Positions 8,448-17,486 of a stretch of 56,647 bases of DNA are shown here, piece after piece. The translations under genes were made by a program, and so were the position numbers. The stretch lies in the NCBI GenBank assembly GCA_964622205.1, contig CAZUPA010000002.1, positions 1 through 56,647 of the forward strand. Direction: 5' to 3'. Position 1 is the stretch's first letter. The number at the start of each line of letters is the position of its first letter. The stretch is from an uncultured Sphaerobacteraceae bacterium (GTDB taxonomy: Bacteria; Chloroflexota; Chloroflexia; Thermomicrobiales; UBA6265). The notes under the pieces were generated by a model. The model was given only the letters and a program-made list of their open reading frames with translations. It ran no database searches and was not told the DNA's origin.

Positions 8448-9455
8448 ATGTTCGATTCGGTGATTTCACGACGCAAGGTCGTCATCGCCTCGGCCGCCGT
8501 GTTCGCGGCGGCCCCGCTGGCTCGCTTCGGCATCGTGTCGGCGCAGACCGAGTACACCGCACCGGACAACATTTCCGAGATCCAGAGCACCCTCGAAGCC
8601 GATGGCTCGTCCACGGTCGGTCCCCTGACCGAGGCCGTGATCGAAGAGTTCGCCGCCGTTGCCCCTGGCATCACGGTGACCAACGGCATTTCCGGTTCCG
8701 GTGGAGGCTTCGAGCGGTTCGCCAATGGCGAAATCCAGGTCTCGAACGCTTCGCGCCCAATCTCGGACGATGAGGCCGCGCTGGCCGCCGAGAATGGCGT
8801 CGGCTACTACGTGCTCAATGTTGCCTATGACGGCATCACCGTGGTTGTCAGCGCCGATAATGACTTCGTCGAGTCCCTGACCGTTGAGCAGCTCGCCCAG
8901 ATCTGGAGCGCGGATGGCGGCGTCGTCAACTGGTCGGATGTGAACCCTGACTGGCCGGCCGAGCCGATCGAGCTGTATGGCCCGGGCGCCGACTCAGGCA
9001 CCTTCGACTACTTCAACGAGGAAGTCCTCGGTGACGACGTCGCGGTTCGCACCGACTACATCCCGAGCGAAGACGACAATGTGCTCGTGCAGGGCGTCAT
9101 CGGCAGCCCGCATGCCCTTGGCTACTTCGGCTTCGCCTACTATGTCGAGAATCAGGACAGCCTGAAGGCGGTCGCGATCGATGCCGGAAACGGGCCAGTG
9201 GCTCCGAGCATCGAGACCATCGGTGACGGCTCCTACGCTCCTCTCTCTCGCACGCTCTTCGTGTACGTCAATGCCGGCGAGCTCCAGTCCGATCCTGGCC
9301 TGCAGGAGTTCCTGCGGTTTTACCTCGCCAACAGCGGCCCGCTGGCCGAGGATGTAGGCTACATCGCTCTCCCGGGCGAGGTTCTTGCCGAGCAGCAGGA
9401 GAAGCTTGAGGGCGCGATTTCCGGGGAAGTCGCTCCCGATAGCGAGGCTGTCTGA
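8448..9455 (+). CDS. pstS: Phosphate ABC transporter substrate-binding protein
   Basis: Twin-arginine-like signal SRRKVVIASAAVFAAAPLA. SGSGGGFERF motif. Followed by pstC, pstA and pstB. Confidence 0.9.
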   Translation: MFDSVISRRKVVIASAAVFAAAPLARFGIVSAQTEYTAPDNISEIQSTLEADGSSTVGPLTEAVIEEFAAVAPGITVTNGISGSGGGFERFANGEIQVSNASRPISDDEAALAAENGVGYYVLNVAYDGITVVVSADNDFVESLTVEQLAQIWSADGGVVNWSDVNPDWPAEPIELYGPGADSGTFDYFNEEVLGDDVAVRTDYIPSEDDNVLVQGVIGSPHALGYFGFAYYVENQDSLKAVAIDAGNGPVAPSIETIGDGSYAPLSRTLFVYVNAGELQSDPGLQEFLRFYLANSGPLAEDVGYIALPGEVLAEQQEKLEGAISGEVAPDSEAV

Positions 9456-9471
9456 TCACGCGGTTCGCAAC

Positions 9472-9501
9472 GAGCCCGGCCGCCAGTTGGCGGCCGGGCT
9501 C
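9472..9501 (+). terminator. Intra-operon stem-loop after pstS (attenuator or mRNA stabiliser)
   Basis: Perfect 13-bp stem GAGCCCGGCCGCC-AGTT-GGCGGCCGGGCTC. No U-tract. Confidence 0.5.
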
Positions 9502-9551
9502 GCGCCCAGTACAGGAACTGGAACCGGGGTCAGTACAGAGTCCGATTCTAG

Positions 9552-10532
9552 ATGTTGAAAGGACGTGACGTGGCTGCACCCGGAAATACAATGGCCCCCG
9601 GCCCGGCACGGCCACCCATGGATCTCACCGGGAAGCGTAACCGGGCGTTTTCCGAGCACCTGGTGAAATGGCTGCTCACTGCTTGCGCGACATTTACGCT
9701 CCTGACGACTATTGGCATTGTCGTGATTCTGATTTGGGAAGCGTTGAACTTCTTTCGAGAGGTTCCTGTCACCGATTTCCTGTTTGGAAATGAATGGACG
9801 GCGTTGTTCGGCGAGCCATCGTTTGGCGTTCTTCCATTGGTTCGAGGCACCGTGACGATTGCCGGTATTTCGGCGCTCATTTCGATTCCGTTTGGCCTGA
9901 TGGCCGCGATCTACCTGAGCGAATATGCCGGGGAACGAACCAGGGCGGTTATCAAGCCTATACTTGAGATACTTGCTGGCATCCCAACGATAGTGTTCGG
10001 GTTCTTCGCACTTAAGTTCATCACGCCAAACCTCCTCAAACCAATTCTGGACGTGGGGACCTTCAATGGACTGGCGGCGGCCGTCGCGGTGGGCATCATG
10101 AGCCTCCCGCTCGTGGCCTCGCTTTCCGAAGACGCCATGCGAGCCGTGCCCCGGTCCCTCCGGGAGGCTGCTTACGGCCTGGGCGCGACCAGGTTCGAGA
10201 CGGCGGTCCGCATTGTCCTGCCAGCAGCGATCTCCGGCGTTATCGCCTCGTTCATCCTCGCGATTTCAAGGGCCGTCGGCGAAACCATGATCGTGGCGCT
10301 CGCGGCGGGCAGCCGACCCTCGGGCATGGGGGCCGCCGGTCCGTGGGATCCGCGAGACAGCATGCAGACGATGACCGGGTTCATTGCCCAGGCATTCAGC
10401 GGTGACGTTTCGCGTGGGTCCACGCAGTTCTACTCGCTCTTCGCGGTGGGCCTGCTCCTGTTCCTGATGACGCTGGCCATGAACATCCTGAGTGGCTGGG
10501 TAGCGCGACGATTCCGGGAGGAGTACGAATGA
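9552..10532 (+). CDS. pstC: Phosphate ABC transporter permease PstC
   Basis: Multi-TM protein with EAA-type loop EAAYGLGATRFETAVRIVLP. GTG 9570 (GAAAGGA SD, 6-nt spacing) is a plausible alternative start. Confidence 0.88.
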   Translation: MLKGRDVAAPGNTMAPGPARPPMDLTGKRNRAFSEHLVKWLLTACATFTLLTTIGIVVILIWEALNFFREVPVTDFLFGNEWTALFGEPSFGVLPLVRGTVTIAGISALISIPFGLMAAIYLSEYAGERTRAVIKPILEILAGIPTIVFGFFALKFITPNLLKPILDVGTFNGLAAAVAVGIMSLPLVASLSEDAMRAVPRSLREAAYGLGATRFETAVRIVLPAAISGVIASFILAISRAVGETMIVALAAGSRPSGMGAAGPWDPRDSMQTMTGFIAQAFSGDVSRGSTQFYSLFAVGLLLFLMTLAMNILSGWVARRFREEYE

Positions 10533-11446
10533 TGGGGCAGTCGAACGCCGGTGAGCTAACCGGGACACCGGCCGCGGCCAAGGCGAGTTGGAACCCGCGG
10601 GTGAGCCAGCGAAAGAGTATCGGCGAGGTGTGGCGCTGGGCCCTGTTTGGGGCGACATTGCTGGCGATCGTGATGCTGGGCATGCTGCTCTGGTCTATCC
10701 TCGAACCTGGCCTGGCCTGGCTCTCCTGGCACCTGATCACCGATATGCCGTCTCGCCACGCGGAGATCGCGGGCATGAACTCAGGAATCTGGGGATCGAT
10801 CTGGATCGTCCTTGGCTCCGCCCTGTTCTCTTTCATCGTAGGGGTGGGCAGCGCCATCTACATCGAAGAGTACGCGCCCAGAAACTGGTTTACGCATTTC
10901 GTGCAGACCAATGTCTCGAACCTGGCTGGAGTGCCGTCAATCGTGTACGGTCTCCTGGGCCTGGTGCTGTTCGTGCAGTGGATGAACCTGGGCCGTAGCA
11001 TTTCCGCTGGCGCGTTGACCATGGGCCTGCTGATCCTTCCAGTGGTGGTGATTTCCTCGCAGGAAGCGATCAGGGCGGTTCCACTCAGTTTGCGGCAGGC
11101 ATCGTACGGGCTCGGCGCCACCAAGTGGCAAACCACCCGGTCGCACATCCTTCCGAGCGCCATGCCTGGCATCCTGACCGGGATGATCCTTTCGATGTCC
11201 AGGGCGATTGGCGAGACCGCGCCGCTGATCGTGGTTGGCGCCTCGAGCCTGGTGCTCAGCCGTCCTGACGGGCCGCTCAGTTCGTTCACGGCGATGCCCG
11301 TCCAGATTTACAACTGGTCGGCGCGTCCACAGAAAGAGTTCGAGCACCTTTCGGCGGCGGCGATTATTGTCCTGCTCATCGTACTCCTGTCGATGAACGC
11401 CTTTGCCATCTTCTTCCGCCAGCGCCTCAACAGGAACAGGGTATAG
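10529..11446 (+). CDS. pstA: Phosphate ABC transporter permease PstA
   Basis: QASYGLGATKWQTTRSHILP loop and multiple TMs. ATGA overlap with the pstC stop. Confidence 0.88.
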   Translation: MMGQSNAGELTGTPAAAKASWNPRVSQRKSIGEVWRWALFGATLLAIVMLGMLLWSILEPGLAWLSWHLITDMPSRHAEIAGMNSGIWGSIWIVLGSALFSFIVGVGSAIYIEEYAPRNWFTHFVQTNVSNLAGVPSIVYGLLGLVLFVQWMNLGRSISAGALTMGLLILPVVVISSQEAIRAVPLSLRQASYGLGATKWQTTRSHILPSAMPGILTGMILSMSRAIGETAPLIVVGASSLVLSRPDGPLSSFTAMPVQIYNWSARPQKEFEHLSAAAIIVLLIVLLSMNAFAIFFRQRLNRNRV

Positions 11447-11449
11447 ACC

Positions 11450-12292
11450 GTGGTATCCACACATGCCAGTCCATCGATTCCCAAGGTGAACTCCGAGAAC
11501 TTCATGGAGCAGACCGATTACGAAAACCAGGAGATGGTCGTCAGGATCAAGGATGTCGATGTCTTCTATGGCGGCTTCCATGCCGTCAAGGGGGTGACCG
11601 TCGATGTGCCCCGCAACCGGATCACCGCGTTCATTGGTCCATCCGGTTGCGGCAAGAGCACGGTGCTCAGGTGCATCAACCGGATGAACGATCTCATTCC
11701 CTCCGCTCGAGTCGAGGGAAGCATCGAGTACTTTGGGCAGGAAATCCTTTCGCCGAGGGTCGATCCGGTGGAAGTGCGCCGCCGCATCGGGATGGTGTTC
11801 CAGAAGCCGAACCCCTTTCCGAAGAGCATCTATGACAACGTTGCCTGGGGCGCAAAGATCAATGGCTTCAAGGGCAATATGAAGGAGCATGTCGAGCGAT
11901 GCCTTCGCCAGGCGGCCCTGTGGGACGAGGTGAAGGACAAGCTGAAAGAGAGTGGCATGGCCCTCTCCGGCGGACAGCAGCAGCGCCTGTGCATCGCCAG
12001 GGCGCTGGCGATCAGCCCGGATGTCATCCTGCTGGATGAGCCGGCCTCGGCCCTCGACCCGATCTCGACGCTCAAGATTGAGGAGTTGCTTCGGGAACTG
12101 GAGCAGCAGTACACGATCGTCATCGTGACACACAATATGCAACAAGCAGCGCGGGTGTCGGACAAGACTGTGTTTTACTCGTTGAATGAACAACGGCAAG
12201 GAATCCTTGTCGAGGCTGGACCGACGCAGAAGATTTTCACGAATCCCGACGACCAGCGAACCGAGGACTACATCACCGGCCGGTTCGGTTAG
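11450..12292 (+). CDS. pstB: Phosphate ABC transporter ATP-binding protein PstB
   Basis: Walker [10 protein letters not shown], signature LSGGQQQRL, Walker B ILLDEP. Start is GTG 11450 or ATG 11504. Confidence 0.9.
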   Translation: MVSTHASPSIPKVNSENFMEQTDYENQEMVVRIKDVDVFYGGFHAVKGVTVDVPRNRITAFIGPSGCGKSTVLRCINRMNDLIPSARVEGSIEYFGQEILSPRVDPVEVRRRIGMVFQKPNPFPKSIYDNVAWGAKINGFKGNMKEHVERCLRQAALWDEVKDKLKESGMALSGGQQQRLCIARALAISPDVILLDEPASALDPISTLKIEELLRELEQQYTIVIVTHNMQQAARVSDKTVFYSLNEQRQGILVEAGPTQKIFTNPDDQRTEDYITGRFG

Positions 12293-12341
12293 TCACGGGC
12301 GCCAGATTCGCCGGCGCTGTAGACCTCGTATCGGAGGAACC

Positions 12342-13061
12342 ATGACCCGGGCAGCATACGAGCAACAAATCGAGGACTTACGCGACCACGTCGTGTACAT
12401 GGCAAGCATGGTGGACAAGGCAATCGCCCGGGCAATCGACGCGCTCCAGACCCAGGATGTGGTTCTGGCGCGACAGGTGCGCAAGGGCGACAAGGAGATC
12501 AACGAGGCCCGGTGGACAGGCGAGGAGCGGAGTCTCACCCTGATCGCCACCCAGGCCCCGATGGCTGGGGACCTCCGGCGGATCGCCGCGGCGCTCCAGG
12601 TGTTCACCGATCTGGAACGAATGGGCGACCATGCCGCTGGTATCGCCAAGATCGTGATTGACACCAGCGATGAGGCGCTACTGAAGCCGTTGGTGGATAT
12701 ACCCAGGATGAGTCTGATCGCGCGGGAAATGCTCTCGCAGGCGATCACCGCGTTCATGGAATCCGATGAGGACCTGGCGCGCCGAACCGCAGTTCGCGAT
12801 GACGAGGTCGACAATCTCAACGACCAGATTTATCGTGAACTCCTCACCTACATGCTGGCGGACCCGAGCACCATCAACCGGGCGACACGCTTGCTCTGGG
12901 CGGCGCACGGGATCGAGCGAATCGCGGACCGGGTGACCAACATCTGCGAGCGCGTGGTGTTCACGGTCACAGGCGAGACCGAAGAACTCGGCGGCGGACG
13001 GAAGAAGCGTCAGAAGGCGCGATTGGCGGAATCGGCGAGCGGCGCGTCCGGGTTGAACTGA
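12342..13061 (+). CDS. phoU: Phosphate signalling complex protein PhoU
   Basis: ATG 12342 preceded by GGAGGAAC. Two PhoU repeats (KGDKEINE.. and DDEVDNLND..). Basic C-terminal tail GGRKKRQKARLAE. Confidence 0.85.
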   Translation: MTRAAYEQQIEDLRDHVVYMASMVDKAIARAIDALQTQDVVLARQVRKGDKEINEARWTGEERSLTLIATQAPMAGDLRRIAAALQVFTDLERMGDHAAGIAKIVIDTSDEALLKPLVDIPRMSLIAREMLSQAITAFMESDEDLARRTAVRDDEVDNLNDQIYRELLTYMLADPSTINRATRLLWAAHGIERIADRVTNICERVVFTVTGETEELGGGRKKRQKARLAESASGASGLN

Positions 13062-13498
13062 CGCCAGGCGGCGAACACCTGGTGCAGTTCGCGCACGGCA
13101 TCCTCGAGTTCGATGGGCGCCGTGAGCGTTCGCTTGATGCCGAGTTCGTCGACCGGGCGTGGCGTCTCTGGACGGACGGACTCCACCAGCACAACGGGCG
13201 CGGCCGTGCGGGCCGGGCCGCCAGGATCGAGTTGGGATATTCCGCGCAACCGCCGAAGGAATTCGATCGCGTCGAAATTCTGCATTTCGGCGTCGACCAC
13301 CACGAGGTCGAACTGCCGGAGGCGAAAGACTTCGAGGGCCTGGAGGCCGCTGGCGATGACCGAGACCCAGAACCCTCCAAGCGGTAGACCTTCGGCGAAG
13401 AATTCGGAGAGGCCAGGATCGTCGGAAACGACGAGGACGTGCGGCCGTTCGTTGGCGCGTTGGACATCGAGGCGCGGTCTTGGTGGCTGTGAATGCAT
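13010..13498 (-). CDS. Stand-alone response-regulator receiver domain protein
   Basis: VLVVSDDPG acidic pair and DLVVVDAEM phospho-acceptor context. No output domain. Its 3' end overlaps phoU by 52 nt. Confidence 0.6.
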   Translation of the reverse strand: MHSQPPRPRLDVQRANERPHVLVVSDDPGLSEFFAEGLPLGGFWVSVIASGLQALEVFRLRQFDLVVVDAEMQNFDAIEFLRRLRGISQLDPGGPARTAAPVVLVESVRPETPRPVDELGIKRTLTAPIELEDAVRELHQVFAAWRQFNPDAPLADSANRAF

Positions 13499-13598
13499 TT
13501 CAATCCATGTGCATGGGGAACGGCGAGCGCGAATGTGCTCGCCGCTCATTGTAGAATGCCAGCGCGGTTGGAACCGGTCGAGGCAGTGGGGCGGATGG

Positions 13599-14159
13599 AT
13601 GATTCAGGTTGAATGCGATGCGCGGGTCGTCGATCTCGTCGGGAAACATGCGGGATTGCTGGACCTGTCGCTGGATGACCTGATGCTGACGACGAGCCGG
13701 TCAGTCTACGGCGAGTGGCTGGGGCGGCGGGTGCCATCGTCATACGGTGGAGCCTACTGTTACCTTGCGCGAAGGCGCAAGCACGCGATCCTGATCAATC
13801 TGGAGCGCATCGACACATCGCGGCCCAGAGCCATTGAACTGGTGGTGGCGGAAGAACTGATTCACATGCGAGACAGGATCGACGGCGATCTCAGGCGACA
13901 CTCGCATCACGGTCACGACCGCATCGCGCTCAGGGTGGCGGAGCTGACCGGGGCGACCCTGGAAGAGGTGCGTTCGGCGCTGATACCGGTGAAGCGGCGA
14001 GCGGTGAAGTACCTGTACCGGTGTCCTGGTTGCGGGCTGACCGTTCCGAGGAAACGCAAGGGAACCTGGTCGTGCGGGCGCTGCTCGCCGCGGTTCGACC
14101 GCCGGTTTCAGATGCGGATCGTGCGGGAATTCGCGGCGGAGCCCAAGACCCAGGCGTAG
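13599..14159 (+). CDS. SprT-like or metallopeptidase-like protein with C-terminal zinc ribbon, hypothetical
   Basis: VAEELIHMRD followed by HSHHGHD. CPGC..(13)..CGRC zinc ribbon (YRCPGCGLTVPRKRKGTWSCGRCSPRF). ATG 13599. Upstream part of the 348-aa ORF rejected. Confidence 0.55.
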   Translation: MIQVECDARVVDLVGKHAGLLDLSLDDLMLTTSRSVYGEWLGRRVPSSYGGAYCYLARRRKHAILINLERIDTSRPRAIELVVAEELIHMRDRIDGDLRRHSHHGHDRIALRVAELTGATLEEVRSALIPVKRRAVKYLYRCPGCGLTVPRKRKGTWSCGRCSPRFDRRFQMRIVREFAAEPKTQA

Positions 14160-14241
14160 ACGCGGGTGTGCGGCGAAGTACAATGCCGGTACCGAGTGAA
14201 TTGGCCGGTACTGGTTTGACGTAAAGGTGTAGTCGGCAACA

Positions 14242-14943
14242 GTGCTGTTCTTCAAGCTCCTGTGGGGCGGACTGAAAGATACCTTCAGTCAGTTCATGAT
14301 GTATGCACTCCTCTCAATCATCTGGTGGGTTTGCGCGCTGCTCATCGTTCCAGGGCCGCCGGCGACCGTGGCGCTGGTGTCGGCGACCGATCCGCGGAGG
14401 ATGGGCGCGGCGCCGGAATTGTCCGATGCGATCGACGTGTTCAAGGCATCGTGGAAACGGTCGTGGGGCATTGCCTTGTTAACGATTCCGTTCCTCGTGA
14501 TGCTATCGTGGAACGTTTCGTACTTCGCCGGCAGCGACCATATCCTCTCAACCATGATCCCGTTGTGGCTCATCCTGTGGCTGCTCCTTGAGATTATCGC
14601 CATGTATGCGTTTTCGGTGGCGGGAACCATGGAGTCTGGCGTCAGGAATGCGTTCCGGGGCGCGATGTTCGTGCTCGTCAGCCGCCCCTTCATGAGCATC
14701 TTCCTTGGCATATTCATGCTCCTGCTGGTGCTCTCGATGGCCGTGATGGTGATCCCGCTCCTGCTGATCGGCCCGGCGCTCGTGGCGTGTATCCTCAACC
14801 GATTCACGCTGACGATCCTGGGCGAGGAAATCATCGATCCGTCGGCGCCGACTCCAGAAAGGCACGACGAGCGACAGCGGGGGGTAAATCCCGATCCTGG
14901 ACTGCTTTCACGGTTCCGCGGGAGCAGGCAGAAGGGGAGCTAG
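14242..14943 (+). CDS. Polytopic membrane protein, hypothetical (DUF624/YesL-like impression)
   Basis: Five to six hydrophobic helices, e.g. YALLSIIWWVCALLIVPG and MIPLWLILWLLLEIIAMYAF. GTG start. Confidence 0.6.
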   Translation: MLFFKLLWGGLKDTFSQFMMYALLSIIWWVCALLIVPGPPATVALVSATDPRRMGAAPELSDAIDVFKASWKRSWGIALLTIPFLVMLSWNVSYFAGSDHILSTMIPLWLILWLLLEIIAMYAFSVAGTMESGVRNAFRGAMFVLVSRPFMSIFLGIFMLLLVLSMAVMVIPLLLIGPALVACILNRFTLTILGEEIIDPSAPTPERHDERQRGVNPDPGLLSRFRGSRQKGS

Positions 14944-15636
14944 ATGGGTTCCGCTCGATCTGACTCGGCCAACTCTGGCGTCCCGCGGGCGGTGGACAGG
15001 AACGAACTTCCGGCCGTGCGTGCCGAAGACATCAAGACATCACGCTTTCCGAGGACATCACGACGACACGAGCGCGTGCGGTCGGTGCTGACCAGGCGTC
15101 AACCAACGCTTGCGGTGGTGCTGGAGGACGTTCACGATCCGCACAACGCGAGTGCCGTGCTTCGGTCGTGCGACGCGACCGGGGTGCTGGACGTTCACCT
15201 GGTGTATGTCCACGAGGAACCGCCGCGAAAGGCGTTTCACCGGACCACCTCCGCCTCCGCCGCGAAGTGGGTCCGGACGCACTTTCACGAGTCGATCGAT
15301 TCGTGCTACGGCGCGTTGCGAGCGCGAGGATTTCGCATTCTCGCCACCGCGCTTCGTGAGGAAACGCATGACCTGTACCGGGTGAACCTGACCGATCCCG
15401 TGGCGCTTGTGTTCGGAAACGAGAAGCGGGGCGTGTCCGACCAGGGGGTGGACCTGGCCGATGGCACGGTGGGCATACCGATGCAGGGCATGGTGGAGAG
15501 CCTCAACATCTCCGTGGCCTGCGCGGTGTCGCTCTATGAAGCCATGCGACAACGAACCGCGGCGGGGATGTACGGGACACCGCAATTGTCGGTCGAGGAA
15601 ATGACATCGCTCGAGGAGGAATGGCTCCGCCGGTAA
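14944..15636 (+). CDS. SpoU/TrmH-family RNA 2'-O-methyltransferase
   Basis: LEDVHDPHNASAVLRSCDATG, LVFGNEKRGVS and IPMQGMVESLNISVA motifs. Confidence 0.85.
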   Translation: MGSARSDSANSGVPRAVDRNELPAVRAEDIKTSRFPRTSRRHERVRSVLTRRQPTLAVVLEDVHDPHNASAVLRSCDATGVLDVHLVYVHEEPPRKAFHRTTSASAAKWVRTHFHESIDSCYGALRARGFRILATALREETHDLYRVNLTDPVALVFGNEKRGVSDQGVDLADGTVGIPMQGMVESLNISVACAVSLYEAMRQRTAAGMYGTPQLSVEEMTSLEEEWLRR

Positions 15637-15639
15637 CGC

Positions 15640-16362
15640 TCAGGTGTCGCGTGGCAGGACACGAATCCCCTGGGAGACACTCCAGGAAAGCGTATGCTCG
15701 TTGCCGTCGACCGCGATGCGCACATCCTGCTCGGGGACGGCGAGTTCCACGAGGACGACCTCCGAGCCGGGCGCGATTCCGGCGCTGAACACCTTGCTGA
15801 GGTGCTCGGGGTCCCGGTCGCTAACGCGGCTAACCGTCCGAACCGTGCCAGGCTCGATGCCAAGGAACGCGACATCGTCGATATCCGGCACCGTGCCGTC
15901 GCGGTTGGGAATTGGGTCTCCGTGGGGATCGAACGTGGGGTAACCGAGGTACTTCTCCATGCGGCGTTCAAGTTCCTCGGAGACGTGGTGCTCCAGTCGC
16001 TCGGCCTCATCGTGGACTTCGTCGATGTTGTACCCGAGCGCTTCGGCCAAATAGAGTTCCAGCAGCCGGTGATGACGGATCACCTCCAGGGCGATGCTTC
16101 GGCCCGCGGGGGTGAGCGAGGCGCCGTGGTACGGGTTGTGGACGACGAGCTTGAGGTCGTCCAGTTTTTTCATCATGTTGGTGACCGATGGTCCCGAGAA
16201 GCCAAGCCGCTCGGCCAATCGCAGATTGGTGATCGGCAACCCTTCCTGATCGATCAGATAGGCGACTTTGAGGTAGTCCTCCATGGCGGTGGTGACACGC
16301 GTGTCGCCGCCGAATCGTAGATTCGCGGCATCCTGATCGGGCTGATTGCGTGTGTCGTTCAT
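15640..16362 (-). CDS. DtxR/MntR-family metal-dependent transcriptional repressor with C-terminal FeoA/SH3-like domain
   Basis: MEDYLKVAYLI.., GPSVTNMMKKL HTH and RHHRLLELYL dimerisation helix. Last gene of the metal-uptake operon. Confidence 0.85.
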   Translation of the reverse strand: MNDTRNQPDQDAANLRFGGDTRVTTAMEDYLKVAYLIDQEGLPITNLRLAERLGFSGPSVTNMMKKLDDLKLVVHNPYHGASLTPAGRSIALEVIRHHRLLELYLAEALGYNIDEVHDEAERLEHHVSEELERRMEKYLGYPTFDPHGDPIPNRDGTVPDIDDVAFLGIEPGTVRTVSRVSDRDPEHLSKVFSAGIAPGSEVVLVELAVPEQDVRIAVDGNEHTLSWSVSQGIRVLPRDT

Positions 16363-16406
16363 TGATGAGGCTCCTGGTCAGCATCGACCCGGTGGCTATC
16401 GAGTCA

Positions 16407-17486
16407 TCAGCGGGTGGGTTCAGACCCTCCGTCCGCTGGAACGGTCAGGATACCGTTTTTCGAACGCACGAGCTGGTTGCCGGCGTAGGCGCTCTCCAAA
16501 GCGCGCTGGGTCGTGGCCGTCGCCCATCCGAAATCCGTGGCAAGGGAAGCCACGGGGACGCCCTCCGGCTTGGCCCTGACGTGGGCAACCAGCAATTCCT
16601 GCAGGAAGACATGTCGCTGATCGCGTCGCCGGACCGCCTGGGCAATGACGCCTTGCGATGGCGAGAACAGGAAGGTGACCAGGAAGATGGCGCCGAGGGA
16701 GGTCGCCATGGCTCCCGCGACGGATCCATCGATCGCGCGGGCAAGGTAGTAGCCAAGTACGGACGAACTCGCGCCAATTCCCATCGACAGCATGAGGAGG
16801 GTAGGGAGATGGCGGGTAAGGAGTTGAGCGGTCGCGGCGGGGACGATCAGCATGGCGACAACGAGCACCGCGCCGACGGCGTCGAAGGAGACGACCGTGG
16901 TGGCGGAGACGGCGGCCATCAGCAGGTAGTGGAGCAGCACTGGGGAGACGCCGATGGCGGCGGCAAAGCCGGCATCGAATGTGGAGAGCTTGAGTTCCTT
17001 GTACAGCAGCAGCACGAAGGCGATGTTGATCGCGAGCATGACTCCGAGTGTCCAGAATGCCTGGATACCCAGATCCCGGCCGAACATCTCCAGGTGGTAG
17101 AGCGGGACGTAGGCGATCTCACCGAAGAGCACGGCATCGACATCGATGTGAACGGTGGATGGGAACCGTGAGATCATGAAGACGCCGATGGCAAAGAAGA
17201 ACGGGAAAACGAGCCCGATCGCGGCATCCTCCTTGACCAGGCCGGTACGTTGCAGCCAGGCGACGAGCGCGACGGTGAGGAGTCCGACGGCTCCCGCGCC
17301 GATCGTCATGAGCAGCGGCGACCGGGAGTGGGTGAGGGCGAACACCACGACGATGCCGAGCAGGACCGCGTGGCTGATGGCATCACCCATCAGGGCCAGT
17401 CGCCGCAGCACGAGGAACGCGCCGATGAGCCCACAGGACGCGCCGACAAGCGCGCCGGCAATCATGATGATGGTGGGTGCGCTCAT
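16407..17486 (-). CDS. Metal (Mn/Zn/Fe-type) ABC transporter permease, ABC-3 family, with ~74-aa C-terminal extension
   Basis: Eight to nine TM helices and the GDAISHAVLLG motif. Extra tail RRRDQRHVFLQELLVAHVRAKPEGVPVASLATDFGW..SKNGILTV. ATGA overlap with the upstream permease. Confidence 0.85.
   Translation of the reverse strand: MSAPTIIMIAGALVGASCGLIGAFLVLRRLALMGDAISHAVLLGIVVVFALTHSRSPLLMTIGAGAVGLLTVALVAWLQRTGLVKEDAAIGLVFPFFFAIGVFMISRFPSTVHIDVDAVLFGEIAYVPLYHLEMFGRDLGIQAFWTLGVMLAINIAFVLLLYKELKLSTFDAGFAAAIGVSPVLLHYLLMAAVSATTVVSFDAVGAVLVVAMLIVPAATAQLLTRHLPTLLMLSMGIGASSSVLGYYLARAIDGSVAGAMATSLGAIFLVTFLFSPSQGVIAQAVRRRDQRHVFLQELLVAHVRAKPEGVPVASLATDFGWATATTQRALESAYAGNQLVRSKNGILTVPADGGSEPTR

Noticed and set aside
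12186-13061. N-terminal extensions offered by the ORF track for phoU, and likewise for mreB (26931), hspR (41681), GH57 (30816), glgE (49889), treS (52016), mak (53679), the MarR gene (46527), the SprT-like gene (13113), the metal-transporter ATPase (19383) and ftsY (23321).
   Set aside because: The extensions are Arg/Pro-rich, overlap the neighbouring gene or lack an SD. Internal starts give family-typical N-termini and good SD spacing.
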